From positions 1 to 29,680 of the IMG/VR virus record IMGVR_UViG_3300035181_000465: a stretch of 29,680 nt of DNA. One strand, written 5' to 3'. The notes beneath the pieces were generated by a model. It searched no databases. It saw only the letters and a program-made list of their open reading frames with translations, and was not told the DNA's origin. This document shows, piece after piece, positions 25,948 to 29,680 of the stretch (position 1 is the stretch's first letter; every line of letters begins with the position of its first letter). The position numbers and the translations under genes were made by a program. Source of the DNA: a virus. Its lineage: Duplodnaviria; Caudoviricetes.

Positions 25948-26169
25948 ATGGGAACACCATACAAGACAAAGAAAGGCATAAAGATCGGTTCTGCCTACTA
26001 CCAAAAACTCCAGCGCTACGGAATAGACAGCGATGCCAGTCTGCTTCAGGATGCGCTTCTTCGAAAAGACACTGGGCGGCGCGAGTTTCTAACAGAGGGA
26101 CGCATGACGGCTTTCATGCTTGCCATGATCGTTGTCGTTGTCTCGTGCATCGCTGCGGGGTGGCTGTGA
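25948..26169 (+). CDS. hypothetical protein with C-terminal TM helix
   Basis: AGGAGC RBS, ATG 25948; PYKTKKGIKIGSAY..LQDALL; TATACT at 25889 upstream. Confidence 0.7.
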   Translation: MGTPYKTKKGIKIGSAYYQKLQRYGIDSDASLLQDALLRKDTGRREFLTEGRMTAFMLAMIVVVVSCIAAGWL

Positions 26170-26405
26170 TGGACATCGAAACCCGCGTGGCAGGCATACC
26201 CTGCGTTGTGCGCGTGACGTATTTCGCACCAGCCGACCTTGGATGCATGGGTGGCGAGGCTTATTTTTGGCGTCCACCGTCTCCGCCTGACATTGAGTAT
26301 TACATCCTAGACCGACTCGGTAGACCTGCGCCGTGGCTTGAGAAAAAGCTCAACAACCGTGAGCGCGATCGGATAGAAGATGAGATTGTTGAGGCGTTGT
26401 CATGA
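26169..26405 (+). CDS. conserved phage hypothetical protein
   Basis: TGATG coupling; IETRVAGIPC..ILDRLGRPAPWLEKKL motif. Confidence 0.75.
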   Translation: MDIETRVAGIPCVVRVTYFAPADLGCMGGEAYFWRPPSPPDIEYYILDRLGRPAPWLEKKLNNRERDRIEDEIVEALS

Positions 26406-26635
26406 CTACATCGATACAAGAGCGCATCTGGCAGACATTGCGCGATGAGGGCGGGTATTGGAGTGCTCGGGAGCTACTCGCACATCTGCGCGAGAACGAT
26501 CCGGGCGGCACCTATCACAAGCGGAACGTGGTGCGAACGCTCAATGCTCTAGTGCGTGATGGCTGTGTTGTTTCCAAGCCGTCAATGATCGGCATTGAAG
26601 TCTACGGCGTCACATTGCGATGCCGCGCACCTTAA
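26402..26635 (+). CDS. winged-helix-like protein (paralog A)
   Basis: IWQTLRDEGGYWSAREL..L..L...G.V..YGVT..C; paralog at 29030-29332. Confidence 0.7.
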   Translation: MTTSIQERIWQTLRDEGGYWSARELLAHLRENDPGGTYHKRNVVRTLNALVRDGCVVSKPSMIGIEVYGVTLRCRAP

Positions 26636-26659
26636 ACCGTTAACAGATCAGCAGAAATC

Positions 26660-27100
26660 ATGGCTAAAGAGAAACTCACTGAATCGGAATCAAGATACCT
26701 GTCGATCATCGGTAGATTAGGGGGAACTGCGACAGTCAGACAAGTGGCAGATATGTTGGGGGTAGTCAGGAAGCTAGAAAGAGTGCGCGAAGAACTGCTC
26801 TCAATGAGCGTATGTGGACTAATCAGCATGGATAAGGGTGCAGGTGGGGTATATACGGTGTCGCTGACCACGCGCAAAGCATACAGGGAAGAAAACGCAG
26901 CCGTCGCCAAAATTCGGACATTCGTCAACGCATCTAGCAATGACGCATACGACGGCGCAGACCTGCGCCCTATTCCTGGCATGAACCCTTCACGGCTGGT
27001 TGCGTTTTCTCTACCGAGCCGCGTTGGAAATCGGCTGTATCACTGCGATGGACGTGTAGAGGCCATATCACAATCTGAGTTTGATGATGCTAACAACTAG
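26660..27100 (+). CDS. winged-helix-like protein
   Basis: LTESESRYLSII...GGTATVRQVADMLGV..L...GLI; C-terminal AFSLPSRVGNRL..DGRV. Confidence 0.65.
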   Translation: MAKEKLTESESRYLSIIGRLGGTATVRQVADMLGVVRKLERVREELLSMSVCGLISMDKGAGGVYTVSLTTRKAYREENAAVAKIRTFVNASSNDAYDGADLRPIPGMNPSRLVAFSLPSRVGNRLYHCDGRVEAISQSEFDDANN

Positions 27101-27112
27101 GAGGTAGTAACC

Positions 27113-27469
27113 ATGCGATATGTATCCAGTGTATCCCAACATGGGAATAGCTCTTGGAGCATCAGTAGTCAGGCTGAAGCAGATTGCCGCTGTATGGCGC
27201 TCGACGACGCTGGATGCGTCGACTGTACCAACTGCATCGGATGCATTGGTTGTTCCGACTGCACAAACTGCATCGGCTGTGCCTACTGCGTAGGCTGCGC
27301 CGGATGTGCCGACTGTACAGACTCTGTCTGATGCACCGGATGCACCGGATGCGCAAATTGCATTAGCTGTTTCGGCTGCACTGGCTGCACTGGTTGCACT
27401 GGCTGTTTCGGCGGTCTCGACTGCATAAGCTGCGTTGATTGCGACGGCCGCATAGGGCGAGATAACTAA
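27113..27469 (+). pseudogene. (CXX)n cysteine-repeat gene with in-frame TGA at 27329-27331
   Basis: AGGAGG RBS; 12 CXX triplets before the TGA and 12 more in the same frame after it, ending at TAA 27467-69. Confidence 0.65.
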
Positions 27470-27534
27470 TATCAGCTTCGCGGAATGTCGTATTACAAAC
27501 GTACTGATTAACGCACTAACGGAGCGGCCACAAA

Positions 27535-28197
27535 ATGGTGAAACACAAGATGAGAGTTATTACACAAGATGAGTTTGATGCGCTCCCAGTAGTCGACGGC
27601 ATCAAACGATGCCCTACCGGGGACTACTCGCAAATAGAAAAGTTATACGAGCGTTGTAGCTTTGGCAAGTTTTGCATCTTTAGCGCTGGGCGCAGCTTCG
27701 GTAGGTCTTGCAGATTCGGTAGGTCTTGCAGCTTTGGCGTTGGGTGCAGCTTTGGCGAATGTTGCGGCTTTGGCGGCCATTGCAGCTTCGGCGAGTATTG
27801 CAGCTTCGGAGAGTCGTGTTGCTTCGGCGGTGGTTGCAGTTTCGGCGGTAGTTGCAGATTCGGCATGTGGTGCCGTTTCAGCGGTCATTGCAGCTTCGGC
27901 ATTTGGTGCTGGTTCAGTGGTCGCTGTAGATTCGGCCAAAGGTGCATTTTCAACGGGAAGCGCGCAAAGCCAGGCTATCCGATGCTGGCATTGTCCGGCG
28001 CCGGCAGTGCCAATCGAACGGTATACGCTTTCAACGTCGAGGGCGGCCCCTGGATTGAGGCCGGATGCTTCTCTGGAGACCTTGATTCGTTTCGCGCAAA
28101 GGTTCGTGCAGATGGCGACGCGCTTAAGTGTCTGCAATACCTAGGATTCGCAAACATCGTCGCCGCGACCTGGTGTCCTGAAATGATCGAGATGTGA
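27535..28197 (+). CDS. hexapeptide-repeat (CSFGxx) beta-solenoid protein
   Basis: 17 tandem hexapeptides; C-terminal GS..RT.Y.F..I.AGCF.G.L..F domain common in phage repeat proteins. Confidence 0.8.
   Translation: MVKHKMRVITQDEFDALPVVDGIKRCPTGDYSQIEKLYERCSFGKFCIFSAGRSFGRSCRFGRSCSFGVGCSFGECCGFGGHCSFGEYCSFGESCCFGGGCSFGGSCRFGMWCRFSGHCSFGIWCWFSGRCRFGQRCIFNGKRAKPGYPMLALSGAGSANRTVYAFNVEGGPWIEAGCFSGDLDSFRAKVRADGDALKCLQYLGFANIVAATWCPEMIEM
27655..27960 (+). repeat. 17 x 18-bp coding tandem repeat (consensus TGCAGCTTCGGC-N6)
   Basis: Read unit by unit in frame; first 12 nt semi-conserved, last 6 nt variable. Confidence 0.9.
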
Positions 28198-28248
28198 CTT
28201 CAAACGCAAAAACGAGTTTTTATTAGCTGACTACCTTGGAGATAGCAC

Positions 28249-28515
28249 ATGACTGAGCGGAAACGCTTTGAATCGCTGGTGAAAACAGCCGACGCCTACC
28301 AGGTCGGAGGCAACCACTATAAGGAGTTGTCGGTGCAGCCGTGGTCTGCGATGCAGTCATGGATGAGCGAGGCAGAGTTCGAGGGCTTCCTGCGCGGCAA
28401 CGCGATCAAGTACCTAGCGCGCGCAGGTCGGAAGGGCGACGAACTGCAAGACTTGCAGAAAGCCATGCACTACCTTGAAAAGCTGGTGAGCATGAAACAG
28501 GAAGGGGGCGAATGA
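28249..28515 (+). CDS. DUF3310 protein (T7 gp1.7-like nucleotide kinase family)
   Basis: QVGGNHYK..GFLRGNAIKYLARAGRKG...DLQKAMHYL motif. Confidence 0.9.
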   Translation: MTERKRFESLVKTADAYQVGGNHYKELSVQPWSAMQSWMSEAEFEGFLRGNAIKYLARAGRKGDELQDLQKAMHYLEKLVSMKQEGGE

Positions 28516-29033
28516 TGGCCGGACGGACAAAGAAGCGCCCGCAAAAACGCCGCTGGGCTGCATCGCCCACTGCGCCGCTGCGAGCAATCTCTGGTGTTAT
28601 CGCTTTCGATGAAGCCGAGCAAACAAAGCTGCAACTGCCTGGGCACCTTGCGTATGAGGCACTTCGTACCGGAACGGCTAGCGAAGAAGCCGGGGACTTC
28701 GACACGTTGGCAATCATTGCGAACGTCTGCCTCGTGCGGGCGGAACAGATCGACAAGGTAGCCAAGCGCGACGGTAAGGGCTCAAGCGACGCGGACTTCC
28801 TCGTGCCCGTTGTGCAGGACGCACAGGAAGCCCTGATGCACATCCAAGCGCGCGGCATGCGCACCGGGCGCATGGTCGCCACCGGGCCTGAGCTTCAGGC
28901 ACTGGCAACGATGCTCGACATTCACGATCAGCTTGTCGCCAATTCGACGCCTAGGCAGATGGAGCTTGCGCTGCGCGAGGTCGCGGTTCGCATGCGGCGG
29001 CAGCAGGTGTATCGGCTGGAAGTTGCGCCATGA
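28512..29033 (+). CDS. conserved phage hypothetical protein
   Basis: 173 aa, ATGA coupling at both ends, helical composition. Confidence 0.7.
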   Translation: MMAGRTKKRPQKRRWAASPTAPLRAISGVIAFDEAEQTKLQLPGHLAYEALRTGTASEEAGDFDTLAIIANVCLVRAEQIDKVAKRDGKGSSDADFLVPVVQDAQEALMHIQARGMRTGRMVATGPELQALATMLDIHDQLVANSTPRQMELALREVAVRMRRQQVYRLEVAP

Positions 29034-29332
29034 GCACTGCCGATGCGATCGAACGGCAGCGACAACTGCCTGGATAGAAGCAGCGCATGGCGATGGATGC
29101 CCGCGAGCGCAGTCGTGCGATCTGGCTGGCGCGGCGAGATGAAGGTGGCTATTGGATCGCGCGCGAGCTGATTGACCATCTGCGCGAAATTGACCCTGAC
29201 GGCGGGCATTGGACTCGATCAGTCACCAGGGCTCTGAACAAGCTCAAGGCCGACGTGCGCGTGGTTGCGAAGCCCAACCGGTATGTGGTTGAAACCTACG
29301 GCGTCACGACATTGTGTAGCGAGCCCAAATGA
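29030..29332 (+). pseudogene. winged-helix-like paralog B with in-frame TAG at 29075-29077
   Basis: ATG 29030 is coupled to the upstream stop and in frame with ORF 29087..29332, separated by one TAG; could also be an intact gene from 29087. Confidence 0.5.
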
Positions 29333-29383
29333 TGACCATGAACGGCGATTTTTGACAAACGATTCTTGATGGAAGGAGCTGGA

Positions 29384-29680
29384 ATGAAGATCAAAGTGAA
29401 ACGGATGCACCCGGATGCACGGATGCCGTTCTATGCAACCGAAGGGGCTGCGTGCTTCGACCTGTATGCGGCGACGGTCATCGGCGAAATGCGCGGAGAC
29501 TATCTATACCAAGGCAGTCGAATCGTCGTCGGCACAGGGCTGTCGTTTGAGATTCCGCCTGGGTACATGATGAGGATCGCCCCGAGAAGCGGGCTTGCCT
29601 TCGCTCACGGAGTCGAAGCGTTTCAGGGCGTCATTGATTCTGACTTCCGAGGCGAGGTAAAGGTACTGCTGCGCCGCTTG
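29384..29680 (+). CDS. dut: dUTPase (truncated by window end)
   Basis: GAAGGAGC RBS; motifs AACFDL, PRSGLA and GVIDSDFRGE. Confidence 0.93.
   Translation, partial: MKIKVKRMHPDARMPFYATEGAACFDLYAATVIGEMRGDYLYQGSRIVVGTGLSFEIPPGYMMRIAPRSGLAFAHGVEAFQGVIDSDFRGEVKVLLRRL

Noticed and set aside
27329-27331. Selenocysteine at the in-frame UGA
   Set aside because: The UGA is not in the Cys register of the CXX repeat and the downstream hairpin is explained by the repeat itself.
27113-27960. Repeat genes as DGR target, CRISPR or TIGR-like array
   Set aside because: No reverse transcriptase, Cas or Nop-domain gene and no TR/VR pair in the window; units are in-frame coding repeats and variation is not adenine-specific.
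29075-29077. Genome-wide stop-codon reassignment
   Set aside because: TAG and TGA end normal genes elsewhere (TAG at 27098-27100 and 19959-61; many ATGA overlaps) and core genes are uninterrupted.
29352-29357. TTGACA upstream of dut as a promoter
   Set aside because: No -10-like hexamer at 16-18 bp spacing.

Overview
This window is most of a temperate-looking, P22-like (short-tailed) phage or prophage genome, probably from a betaproteobacterial host (host is an inference from gene families). Minus strand, right to left: Cro-like HTH, DUF1376/YdaU replication initiator with iteron-like repeats, DUF6475 and DUF1367 proteins, Ref-like nuclease, RusA, terminase small and large subunits, portal, scaffold, P22-type coat, adaptor, a four-gene tail-fibre block with a polyglycine protein, tail hub, three ejection proteins (the last with an N-terminal lytic transglycosylase) and a lysis cassette (SAR endolysin plus holin candidates). 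Plus strand: ERF annealase, YqaJ exonuclease, SSB, an Arc-like RHH protein, an accessory block with Cys-rich repeat proteins, DUF3310 and dUTPase. No integrase, CI-type repressor or Q antiterminator is recognisable in the window. The most interesting signal is regulatory. A predicted ~54-nt sRNA (25553-25606) starts with an anti-Shine-Dalgarno seed, GCUCCUUCG, that matches the (GA)AGGAGC ribosome-binding sites of the first genes of most early units. The terS gene and a 60-aa HTH gene appear to be leaderless and would escape it. All family assignments come from motif recognition by eye, not database searches.
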